Origin: Paraspadella gotoi
Taxonomy: Eukaryota > Animalia > Chaetognatha
Length of the DNA stretch: 64,000 nt
Reading direction: 5' to 3'
Assembly: GCA_051294375.1 (NCBI GenBank)
Contig: JBJCIZ010001666.1
Span: forward strand, 46,994 to 110,993
Shown here: in pieces, positions 38,252 to 48,766 of the stretch
How positions within the stretch are numbered: the first letter of the stretch is position 1
How the letters are laid out: each line of letters opens with the position of its first letter
Notes under the pieces: model-generated
What the model was told of the DNA's origin: nothing
Databases searched by the model: none
The model's input: the letters and a program-made list of their open reading frames with translations, nothing else
Made by a program: the position numbers and the translations under genes

Positions 38252-39527
38252 CTTTTAGCTTGTTCAATTCTTTCTTTGTCATCCAGGTTGCCTTCTCCGA
38301 ATTTGCACCTTTCACCAAATATAATTTTTCACCTCCTATTTTTTTCCCAGATCGTAAGGATCGCTTATCTACAACTTTTGTTTTAGTAACGAAAAAATAA
38401 TCTTTTTTTTCCGACACTGACGGTTTCACTTTCTGTAGTTGATATGCGTAATAATGCTTTTGTTTATTTTTTAGCCTATACAAGGGCGGAACACCGGGAA
38501 TTTTTTCACCGATTTCAAATGCAGAATCATCGAATTCCTTCTCATACCCTCTCTTAAATACTTTCTTTTCAAGTTTAACTCGAACCAGATCACCCACTTT
38601 TAAAGGAAATTTCATGTTTTTAAATTTCTCTTTATGTTTTCGTCTTTCATCCTGATATTTCTTCCTTAAGAATTTTTCGTTAGTTGACAAAGATGCCTCA
38701 AACGGGGAAAGATTATAAAGTGACGGAGTTTTTCGAAGGTTTAATGATAAAGTAACCAAGGGCAATATTTTAGGCCAATTATAATCTTTTAATGCATAGC
38801 AAGTTTTCCACAATAACTTTTCAATTTGAAAGTTGTAATTCTCAATTATATATGATTTTTTCCCTGTCTTTGTAACATAACCCTTTACCTCAAACTCTGC
38901 AAACAAATCTTTTACTTGCGCATTATCAAATTCTTTTCCCGCGTCAAAATGCACTGCAGAAGGCACGCGCCAATTGTTCTGCTCAAAAACAGACAAAATG
39001 GCCGCTCTCACTTCCGGTCCACTTTTACTTTTCAATGCACGCGTCCACCCAAAACGACTGAAAGCATCGCAACATGTAAGAAACATTCGAAAAGGACGCC
39101 CAAACGATTCCAAACTCCCTACATCTACCAGATCCATGCACCATTGATAATTTTGAAACAAACGCACTGTTTTTCGATAGTGGTCACGTGGTATTTTAGT
39201 CTTTTTAAATAAAGTATAGGTATTTTGACCTGATAAAAAATTCTTTACATCTTTCCTACTAATCTTGGGATCCTCTAATTTTGCTTGTTTAAATAATGCC
39301 TCAATGCCCCCAAATGATCCCGGGTTTTCTATGGAATAATATATTTTTTTTAAAATAGAATTTTTTTTTTCATCTTGCAATTCGTTTTGTGAATTAGGTT
39401 GCTCATCCTCACTCTCATCTTTTTCAGCTTCTCCCAAGTCACCTTGGTCAACGCGTCTTTCTCCCAAGGCACCACGCTCTCTCTCACGATCTTTATTCTC
39501 TTCCTTCTCCATACTCTTTGATATCAA
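38217..39527 (-). CDS. int: Retroviral-like DDE integrase (c-integrase) with chromodomain-like tail
   Basis: YY...PGSFGG, WCMDLVD, DAFSRF, FDAGKEF, IIENYN, LKVGDLVRV, FKRGY, YLVK..TW. Confidence 0.95.
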   Translation of the reverse strand: MISKSMEKEENKDRERERGALGERRVDQGDLGEAEKDESEDEQPNSQNELQDEKKNSILKKIYYSIENPGSFGGIEALFKQAKLEDPKISRKDVKNFLSGQNTYTLFKKTKIPRDHYRKTVRLFQNYQWCMDLVDVGSLESFGRPFRMFLTCCDAFSRFGWTRALKSKSGPEVRAAILSVFEQNNWRVPSAVHFDAGKEFDNAQVKDLFAEFEVKGYVTKTGKKSYIIENYNFQIEKLLWKTCYALKDYNWPKILPLVTLSLNLRKTPSLYNLSPFEASLSTNEKFLRKKYQDERRKHKEKFKNMKFPLKVGDLVRVKLEKKVFKRGYEKEFDDSAFEIGEKIPGVPPLYRLKNKQKHYYAYQLQKVKPSVSEKKDYFFVTKTKVVDKRSLRSGKKIGGEKLYLVKGANSEKATWMTKKELNKLKDVRFSNTINEQ

Positions 39528-40408
39528 TCAAAAATCCCTTCGTATCTCAAACCCTCAGAATCTTTTTCTTTTTCTTTTTCTTTTTGTTTTTGCAATCTTG
39601 TTTTCGGTTGTGAAAATATTAATGATATGTTTGAATCCCCCTCACTCGTTTTTTTTCTTTCACTCACAGTCTTTTTTCTTCTTGCTTGAGCCTGGGCCAA
39701 GGACGAGGAAGCCGTTGACTTCTTTGTTTTATTTTCCGCACTTATGCTTAATTTCCTTCTTTTCTTTGGGGTGAAAGATAATAAATTACTTTCTTCGTTT
39801 ATGTTTATATTTTCAGACGGTTGGAGAACGGGAATTTTAGATTTTGTATTTGCAGCTAACCAATATATTTTTGCATTAACTTGAAATGGACTGGTCGAAC
39901 CAGATGCAATCAAATCTTTTACTATTTTATCTTTATTTCCTAAGTACAAATCATTATGATAAATACCTTTATCAGTTATTTTTATATTTGGTATGCTTTC
40001 AATTATTTTTAAGATTTTCTGTTCATAGGGATCTTGCAAAACTATTGAATTTTTCTTTTCTTCCGATGCGTCAGCTTTTATCTCCTTCTCTCCCCTGCTC
40101 GATCTCAATTGATCTAAAATTGGATAAATTCTCTCTTGCAAGGTGCTCCAATCTTGCGCAGTTTGATTCTCCTCTAATCTTTTATTCTTCATATACTCTG
40201 CTTCTAATTCTCTCACTTTCACGTCGTCTGCCACTTTTTTTAAATCATATTTATTATTTGGAATCCCAGAAGACTCAATTTGAGTAGCTAAATTAGAATC
40301 CAACATAGATTTATTATATAATTTAGATAATTCTTGCGCCGAAACTAAATATATTTTTTCCAAATATTTCAAAGGAGCCTGGGGAGCGGAACCAACATAT
40401 CCAGTCAT
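39524..40408 (-). CDS. Hypothetical Maverick protein upstream of the integrase
   Basis: 294-aa ORF overlapping the integrase start, KIYLVS near the N-terminus, PKKRRK NLS-like motif. Confidence 0.7.
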   Translation of the reverse strand: MTGYVGSAPQAPLKYLEKIYLVSAQELSKLYNKSMLDSNLATQIESSGIPNNKYDLKKVADDVKVRELEAEYMKNKRLEENQTAQDWSTLQERIYPILDQLRSSRGEKEIKADASEEKKNSIVLQDPYEQKILKIIESIPNIKITDKGIYHNDLYLGNKDKIVKDLIASGSTSPFQVNAKIYWLAANTKSKIPVLQPSENININEESNLLSFTPKKRRKLSISAENKTKKSTASSSLAQAQARRKKTVSERKKTSEGDSNISLIFSQPKTRLQKQKEKEKEKDSEGLRYEGIFD

Positions 40409-40804
40409 TTTTATTACTATTTTTTATCTTCTTCTTTTTTTTTATTCCGTCTATTTGCTAGTTGGAATGATAGACTTATTAATGTTGGTAATAACGTGCT
40501 TATTAATGTTCCCAAAAACTTTCCCTCTTGTAATACACCTTTTCTCTTTTTCATGGAAATTGATTTAAGAGACAACTTATAAATTTGGCTTTTATATGGT
40601 TTTTAGTTTTTTTATCAAGTCAGAATTTACTGCAATATTAGTCAATAATAAATTTCTTTGCTACTTCGGCTAATGTTTTAATTAAATCTTTAGATTTTGA
40701 TGAATTTAAATAACTTTTTTGATCCTTTTTTCTTAATGAATTTACATATTTCATTTCAGGAATACTACTTTCAAGTCTACGACCAGCCGCAGCATTCCTC
40801 TCAT
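40380..40804 (-). CDS. Small Polinton protein ending in a Q-x-G site plus amphipathic helix (1-2 indels; ends approximate)
   Basis: DLIKTLAEVAK, then after a frameshift ISMKKRKGVLQEGKFLGTLISTLLPTLISL. This resembles the QxGGFLxxLL ORF usually found after the Polinton ATPase. Confidence 0.65.
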
Positions 40805-41626
40805 TTAGTCTTGAATTTCCCTTCACCATCATGCCTTTCACGGTAAGCAATCCCAAAACCTTCTTCATTCGGTAAAAAATTAGTTCTAATTCTTAATTCT
40901 TCGGGAGTTGCTATTGTAAAATCAATTAATAAATACCCGTATGGCCAATTAATTAATTGACTGTTTTGATGGGCTTCGTGTAATATCTGAGGACGGGAGG
41001 GTGAAAATTGGCTTCCTAACCTTAACAATGTTGTTTTGTCTCGTAAATATTTTGTTATTAATAAATAATGACAGTTTAAACTTATCTTTCGAAAATTTCT
41101 TGGGTATTTTTCATAAATATCGTGACAAGTTATAATTACTGATATATTCCGATGATGGCTTAGGCAAGTATAGAGGGACTCTAAATAAAATTGATTTAAT
41201 TTAGTAATTAAATCGTCGTAGATTAGGAGAAGATGATTAACGCCAATTAAATTTTCTGGATCTACGACACTTTCGTCCACCCCTTGACGAAAGATAACTT
41301 TATTTGCCAAATCAGGACTTTCAAATTCTTTATTCTCTTGATCATAAAAATATAAAATTTTGTCAGGTGGAACATCTATTATTTGATCAGAATAACGACA
41401 TATTGATAATAGTTTGTGTGATTTCCCAGTAAATGAGCTTCCGGAAATGCTGCGGAAAAAAAATGGAAAGAAAACAAAATTTGTTTAAATTAAAACTTTT
41501 TAAAAAATATTTTTCTCGATTTTTTTATCAATTTTTTTTTCTCCCCTCATTATTGTTTTTCTTTTATACTCACATCATCGTAAACGGAGCGCGAAATCGT
41601 AAATCGAAATTTTTTATTTCATCCAT
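40801..41626 (-). CDS. A32/FtsK-like packaging ATPase, 2 exons
   Basis: Removing intron 41450-41573 (GTGAGT..CCGCAG) gives MDEIKNFDLRFRAPFTMIISGSSFTGKS (Walker A), then LLIYDDL (Walker B), SHHRNIS, ISLNCHY, PYGYLLID and RIRTN. Confidence 0.95.
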
Positions 41627-41705
41627 TTTCTCCAACTAATTTTTTAATTTCTTTTTTTTAATCTACTCTCGTAATTGGATTTGGATACAAAATAGTTAAA
41701 CTTAG

Positions 41706-41891
41706 TTAGACTCTCTGACCTAAATCCGAGTCCGTATTTTGTTCTCTATTTCTTTTTATAAACTTAAAAATTAAAAAAATAATTACAATAATTAAGATAA
41801 AAAGCCTTTCAAAAATTTCGAACTGGGTCAAATTGTAGGGTGCTTTTTCTTTGCCCGAGTTCAAATTTAGGTCGCAATAAGTGTGATTCAT
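41706..41891 (-). CDS. Small single-pass membrane protein
   Basis: 61 aa; LFILIIVIIFLIF followed by KFIKR, similar in design to 18901-19467. Confidence 0.5.
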   Translation of the reverse strand: MNHTYCDLNLNSGKEKAPYNLTQFEIFERLFILIIVIIFLIFKFIKRNREQNTDSDLGQRV

Positions 41892-41950
41892 TTTTTCTGC
41901 GTTTTTTTTTTTTTTGTATTTAAATNNNNNNNNNNNNNNNNNNNNNNNNN

Positions 41951-43700
41951 TGTTGGCGCCGCGTTTGACGACGTCGACGCTTGGCGCAGCACGAACGACG
42001 CCGAGGACGAGGACGAAAGGAGGCCGACCGCTGCCGCAATGCCAATACCAATGCCGATGCTGAAATGGACGAGAAAGAGAAAAAAAATAATTTTTCATCA
42101 TTTTTTAAATTAACCAATCAATCAATCAACATCAATCAAGAATAATCAATCAATCAATAATCAATCAATTAATCATTTAAATCTTACTTGAAACTACTGG
42201 CAACGAAGTCTCGACACTGCTCGAGACGATTGGAGACGGCGAGTACGACGCGATGAAGAGGAAGAGCAAAAAGAAGGAGGTTTCGGCGCAATAGCAACAC
42301 TCATAATAAGTGTTGAACTAGGAAAGGAGCAAGAAAATGCGTTTTTGTTGTTTGTTTTTGGTGCTTGAATTCATATCATTTAAAACTTACTTTGACCGCT
42401 CTGCAACGCAGGTCGAAAGACAGCTGCTGCTGCTTCTTTCGTCGTCACCGTCCTCGTTGTTGTCGTCGTCTCCCCCGGGCCTCCGCTTCCTTCTCCTTCT
42501 TCCCCTTCTTTGGCTTCTTCGTCAAAGGTAATTGCTCTGAAAAGAAATGAAACATTATTTTTTAATGCATTAAATATAATTTATTTTTAAACATTGCATC
42601 TCTCCTTTTTCTTACCGGTTTTATCGTCCTCATCGGCGCCGGCGACGGCGGAGTTGTTGTTGTCGCCATTGTTGTTGTTGTTGTTGTTGTTGTCGTCGTT
42701 TGCGGTATCGGATTTAGGGGTGATGTCTGCATAAGAATATTTCTAAGCGTTTGTACTTCCAAAACCCGCGTGTATAAGCTCGAAATACTCTGTAGATTCC
42801 TCATATGGCCCTATTTGATATTTGATATTTGATATTTGATATTAGTAATTTGTGATTACCGCTCAATTAATAAATGTTATTTTTCCCTTAAAAGTTAGTA
42901 TGTTAGTAACCCGTTAATTTTTTGTGATTAATTTTGGTCGGATTTTTTATGTATCTGTTGTTATTGTTGTGGACCCTTACTATAAAATAATTCTGCCAGC
43001 ATCGGCAGCAAAGTTCGTTGATGGCCGCCCTCGAAGACGTCGTCCCACAACCGAAACACGCATCAACCAGCGTGGGTTTTTCCATGTGGTCCGGGAACCG
43101 GTAGTTGAATGGATCGGCTGTAGATAAAGAAAAAAAAAGTCATTATGTAGTTAGCAGAAGTCAATAGTTTAAACTTTTTTATTGGACAAATATTTCATTT
43201 TTTAAAAGCTCACCATCGTGGGGGAGGGGATTGAAGAATGAGTCCCATTCATCAAAGCTGGTTCAGCATAGCAGTTAAATACGGGGGGCGTTCTTCCCCC
43301 TCCGACCCTTTTTCTTCGCAGACTGAGATAAAAAAGAAGAGGGAGGGGAAAAGGGAAAACAAGATTAAAACAAGAATATTGATTAATAAATAATCCCTTT
43401 AACTACGACTTACAATGTCGCCCAAAGAACGCTAAGCCGCGGCGGGTGTGCATAAAGCACTCGGTTTTGATGATCGCTGGTAGGAAAATTTAGAAGGTCT
43501 GACTTGACACATACATTTTTTAAATCAAAAAATTTAAACCTACATTCCGATTGCCCCATGTTGCGGAGCCTTCACGCACGCCTAAAATTAGTTTTATCGA
43601 GAATTTTAATTTACAAAATATTATTCATAAAAATGACAACAACAACAACAACGACAATTGGTGTACCACGTAGGACGGCGACCCAGTCGAGTTGAGCCAT
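41951..43700 (-). CDS. Micro-exon-rich hypothetical gene (about 8-9 exons), 3' end lost in a gap
   Basis: Kozak ACCACCATGG at 43700. GC-rich exons alternate with AT-rich GT-AG introns, with donors near 43414, 43214, 42980, 42615, 42390 and 42187. One exon has CFGC..CCRC. Confidence 0.55.
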
Positions 43701-43817
43701 GGTGGTCGGATTCAGTCGTGGGCGGACAATGGCGTCGCCCAAACCCCTCCAACGAACGCCAACAACACACAAACAACGAAGGGTAATATCCCATACCGAC
43801 TGGTTAATGGAATAACC

Positions 43818-43851
<34 letters not shown>

Positions 43852-43859
43852 CAACCAAC

Positions 43860-43892
<33 letters not shown>

Positions 43893-44071
43893 TATGGGTC
43901 GCGCAACGAAAAGTTTTAGCGAAAATGTTTGATTGTAGATGGGAATATCTGCCAAAACTGAAAAGTATAAAAAGGGGACAAATCGTCCCCTTTTTATACT
44001 TTTCAGTTTTGGCAGATATTCCCAATCTAACAATCAAACATTTTCGCTAAAACTTTTTGTTGCGCGACCCA

Positions 44072-44118
<47 letters not shown>

Positions 44119-44125
44119 GTGGTTG

Positions 44126-44156
<31 letters not shown>

Positions 44157-44624
44157 CGGTTATTCCATTAACCAGTCGGTATGGGATATGACCCTTCGTT
44201 GTTGTTGTTGTTGTTGGCGTTCGTTGGAGGGGTTTGGGGCGACGCCATTGATCCGCCCACGACTCGAATCCGACCACCATGGCATCAAACTCGACTGGGT
44301 CGCCGTCCTACGTGGTACACCAATTGTCGTTGTTGTTGTTGTTGTCATTTTTATGAATAATATTTAGTAAATTAAAATTCTCGATAAAACGATAATTTTA
44401 GGCGTGCGTTGAAAGGCTCCGCAACATGCGGGCAATCGGAATGTAGGTTTAAATTTTTTTGATTTAAAAAATGTATGTATCAAGTCAGACCTTCTAAATT
44501 TTCCTACCAGCGATCATCAAAACCGAGTGCTTTATGCACACCCGCCGCGGCTTAGCCGTTCTTTGGGCGACATTGTAAGTCGTAGTTAAAGGGATTATTT
44601 ATTAATCAATATTCTTGTTCTAAT
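43364..44624. repeat. ~1.26-kb palindrome with a 5-nt loop (AAATC, 43980-43984)
   Basis: ..TATAAAAAGGGGAC-AAATC-GTCCCCTTTTTATA..; arms of ~620 bp differ mostly by indels. Confidence 0.95.
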
Positions 44625-44887
44625 GCATTCAGCGACCGGTCAATGAATCACTATCATCGCAACAATGAATGACTATCATCGTATCTCTCTCTTTTTCTCT
44701 CTGTTTGTGTCTGTCCCTCTCTGTCCGACTCTTGCGTGATCGTTTTGTTTTTTGAAAAATTCTGATTATTTTTTTCCTTCTAAAAAATTTTTTATTATTA
44801 CCATTTATTCCGCGCTTTTTTTCAATACAAAATCCCATATTTTCATCCGAGATTTTCGTGGATTTATTCTCTCTCTTTCTCTCTCTC

Positions 44888-44918
<31 letters not shown>

Positions 44919-45379
44919 TCTCCTCTTCACTCATATACGCATTTTTTGTTTTATTGACATTCATCGCATCAATGAATGACAATCATCGCATCAGTGAATG
45001 ACTATCATCGCATCAATAATTGATTATCATCGAATCAATAATCATTCCTATTACATCAATAAATTACTATTACATCAATCAATTAGTATTACCTTAATCA
45101 ATTACTATTACATCAATAATTCGTTATCGCATGATTCATTCGTTTTTTTCGGGTTTTTTCATTAATTTTCTTATGATAGTGGGCTCTGGCTCGATCTTGA
45201 GTCTTTAAGATTTTTATTTTATGTCTCCTTCTCTCTCTCTTCTCACTCTCTCTCTCTCTCTACTCTCTCACTCTCTCTCTCTCACTCTCTCTTTCTCTCT
45301 CTCTCTCTCTCTTTTTATGCAATAGCGACGATCCTTATGCTTTTAAGATTTTTTAAACTTGCATCATTTTTTCAACTTG

Positions 45380-46480
45380 CATCATTTTTTCAACTTGCAT
45401 TCCGTCAAAACTTTATATCTAGCTTCTTCACTCACTTTCCTACCGGCTCACAAAATTTCATCTCAATCTATCATGGGTTAAAATAAATAAAAGATTCAAG
45501 TAAATGTGACTCATATTTTTCATTTAAACTCATTTCCACTGGTACGTTTCCACTGAAACTTTATATCAAGCTTCGTCACACATTTTCCTACCCAAACACA
45601 AAATTTCATCTCAATCTATCCATCCAATTATGATTAATTAGAAGTATTTATTGGTTAAAATAAGTTAAAAAGATTTAGTAAATTCGACTTATGTTTTTCC
45701 ATTTAAACTAATTTCCACTCACACGATTCCATCGAAACTTTATATCCAGCTTTATCACACCACTTTCCTACTCACACACAAAATTAATTCCAATCCAACC
45801 AGCCAATCACGAGTTATTGGAGCTTTTTGCTAAGATTAGACGGATGGACGGATTGATTGACTAATTAATTAATTATGGATTAATTTATTTACTAATTGAT
45901 TAATTAACTGATTAATTATTGATTTATTAATACATCCTGCATATACATTTAATATAAAAGGAAAAAAGAAGCATAATCAATAAGTAAAACAGGTTTTTTG
46001 TTTTTTCCATTAAAACTCATTTCCACTCAAACTATTCCATCGAAAACTTGATTTCCTGTTCAATCACACACTTTCCTACCCACATACAAAATTTCAGGTC
46101 AATCAGCCCATCCACTCATGAGCAATTGGTGTTCAAATAGTGAATATATTTTTTTGTTTTTTCCATTTAAACTCATTTCCACTCGGACGATTCCATCGAA
46201 ACTTCATATCCAGCTCAATCACACACTTACCTATCCTCACACAAAATTTCATTAAAATCCATCCATCCAATCACGAGTAATTGGTGTTTTTGGCTAAGGT
46301 GGGACGGACGGACGCGACGGACGGCACGACACGACAGACATCCATTTTTTTGCATAATTATCATAATTCGATGTTCTGACATGATATAAGTGTGTGCCCG
46401 ACAATATTGAGGGGGCGGACCGACGGACCGAAAAAGTGAGTTATAGAGTCGGGATCTGCTGATAAGCAGATCCGACTAAA
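45380..46480 (-). mobile_element. DINE-1/Helentron-associated element with several tandem cores
   Basis: Repeated TTCCATCGAAACTT..ACAAAATTTCA cores, a GACG microsatellite and terminal GTCGGGATCTGC..GCAGATCCGACTAAAA. Confidence 0.65.
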
Positions 46481-47391
46481 AAACCAAAAAAACTAGTCAA
46501 TATATAAATTTTATTTATTTAATATAAATATATATCTAATAATTCAATTTTTTTTAAGGGTTTTTTTTAAAAGATGACACACTGAAACCCGCCGCTAAAA
46601 ATAAATTGTCATTTGTAACCAGTAAAGATTAATCAGAAAGATTTTTTTTTCTTTTTAAAAAACTGAAATCATTTAAATATCCAAATTTCATATTGATAGG
46701 TTATGATTTAACTTGGCTATGGGCAAAGAAAAATTGGTTAACAATTGTATTTCATTTTAAAACTCATTTCCAAGTCAAATCAAAACCAAATCAATATAAA
46801 ATTTAGATATATAAATTGTGGCTGCGTGTGGGCGTGACCATTGAGGGAGAAAACGGGCTTGACGTCTGACGGCCATGGATTTGATATCGGCATTTCACTT
46901 GCCTGGTTTCTCGAGAAAAAGAACGAAAAAGACGACGATGATGAAGACGAAGAAGAAACGTGAACTCGGCAAATATCCTGATTATATTTTAAATGTACCT
47001 TATCTTACGAGACAGGAGCAGTTGCCTCTGATGTTGTACGGTTTTAAGACTGACAGTTTGTTTATAATTTACTGGCATTTTTTATGAATTTATGGACTTA
47101 ATTAATTAATTTTAACCTCAAACCTGAAAACACGATCGTTGCCATCTTGAAAGTCAGCCAGAAAGTTGAGGCAACTCAAATGATTTGGTTTTTACTACAA
47201 AGGGCGATTTTTTTTCTAGAGGCGGTTATTGTAAATACAACAATACAAACCCTTGTGCCGTTATATGCAGAGTTTGGTATTACAAAACGGCTGGAACATT
47301 TTCAGACTTCGTCGTCTGAACCTCCAAAAGTCAGAAACGTTTTTCAGCGCTTCTTTCTTGTCAACAAACGATTGAAATAAGAAAATTACGG

Positions 47392-47587
47392 CTGACGAAA
47401 AAAGCCAGAGGTTTTTTTAATGTATTCTTATACTCGCCAATGTAGAATGATGGCAATATTGCTATTGTTAAGTTTCAAAAAAATCCGGACCATAAATATA
47501 GAAAATATTAACCAAAATCTTTGGAAAATCCACCCCTTCTTTGGAAGATTTTGCCATAGAAGATTTTTCCCCGAATCTGACTCCTGG
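47392..47587. repeat. ~195-bp segment with a near-identical inverted copy at 61172-61365
   Basis: CTGACGAAAAAAGCCAGAGG...GAATCTGACTCCTG versus its reverse complement. Confidence 0.85.
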
Positions 47588-48429
47588 TTAAAAACTCTTA
47601 GAATTCCGATCGTTAGCTCCTCTTTTACTTTTACTTTAAATAAAAATTTCACCAAAATGGACTAATTCACTTTTACCATGATTGTATCATATTAAAATAA
47701 CCAAATAAAATGTAAAGAAAAATTTTGAGAGCCCTTCAGACATATGGCTATCGGATTCCTGAATTTGAAGTTTATTGTAAAATCACAACATATGTTAAAT
47801 GCATTGACATTGTATTGAAGTTGAGAAATCCCTTTATTTTATATATAAAAATTGCGTCGAAAATATTTCCCGAGCGGACCAGTCTATTTGAATCTGATGG
47901 TTTGATGTCAAAATGATGGTTATTTGTCAAGAGAAAAAAAATGCGAGCCCTTCAGATGCAACAGGATCGGAATCGAGTGTTTTTACATCTATTTTTTATC
48001 TGAATTTTTCCCAGGGGCGTTGACATTATTTGGTAGTCAGATTTTAACGAAAATCTCCATTGAAAAAGTCTTCCTCGATTTCTAAGAACGACATAGACTC
48101 CTAACTTTGTTAAGAAACGCCCAAACCATACGTTCATTTGCGTTTCGCGAATTTTAAAAATATCTTTTTTTGACTACGAAGGTCTCACTCTCGCCATCGC
48201 CATGAGGCATAGGCCTTTCCATACTTTTTATGATGACTTCGACGAACGTGGTGTCAGTAACTGGATCGACAGCTTCGACGTCTGCACGCCGCGTCTTCCT
48301 CGTCCTGTGTCCGGCGCCGCGGCTGCGAAGAATGTTAGCCACCAGTCCCGAAAGACCGGCCCGTATTTTAAGCAAAAAAAAATTCGAACTTCGCGTGAGC
48401 CACGCTGGCTATTAGCGTCGTCCGAGCCC

Positions 48430-48766
48430 AGCTAGCCCTGCTGACTATCAGCTGGGTTATAGTAGCGTACCCAAAGTCGGCAGGGCATAGGCGTTTGTCG
48501 TAGCGTACCCTGAGAAGGTTGCGTGTTCGATAGTAGGGCTCACCACTTATGGCAACAGCCGGGTTGCCTGTGATGCCCATTGGGATGGGGCATCTCACTG
48601 TTGGCTTTGGGGCTTCCGACCCTCAGTGACGCATCCAGTCACTGGCGCGGGTTTCCCTAGGACGGTCTCGCTTTGCCAACGCAGAGGGAAGTGTGAGGAC
48701 TGTGGATGGAACACTACGCCTGGGATGGTGTGTTCCCCCTCTGAGCCAATGGATTTGGCTGAAGGA
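48430..48766. repeat. GC-rich structured repeat, diverged relative of 56972-57698
   Basis: Shared AGGGCATAGG, GGTTGCGTGTTCGA, GGCTCACCACTTATGGCAAC and GGGGCTTC..ACCCTCAGTGAC. Confidence 0.7.

Larger units (their letters stand above)
18066..44624. mobile_element. Maverick/Polinton (endogenous polintovirus) with intron-containing genes; ends approximate
   Basis: Cluster of pPolB, ATPase, integrase, MCP, minor capsid, adenain and core proteins. A matching right TIR and a 6-bp TSD were not found. Confidence 0.95.
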
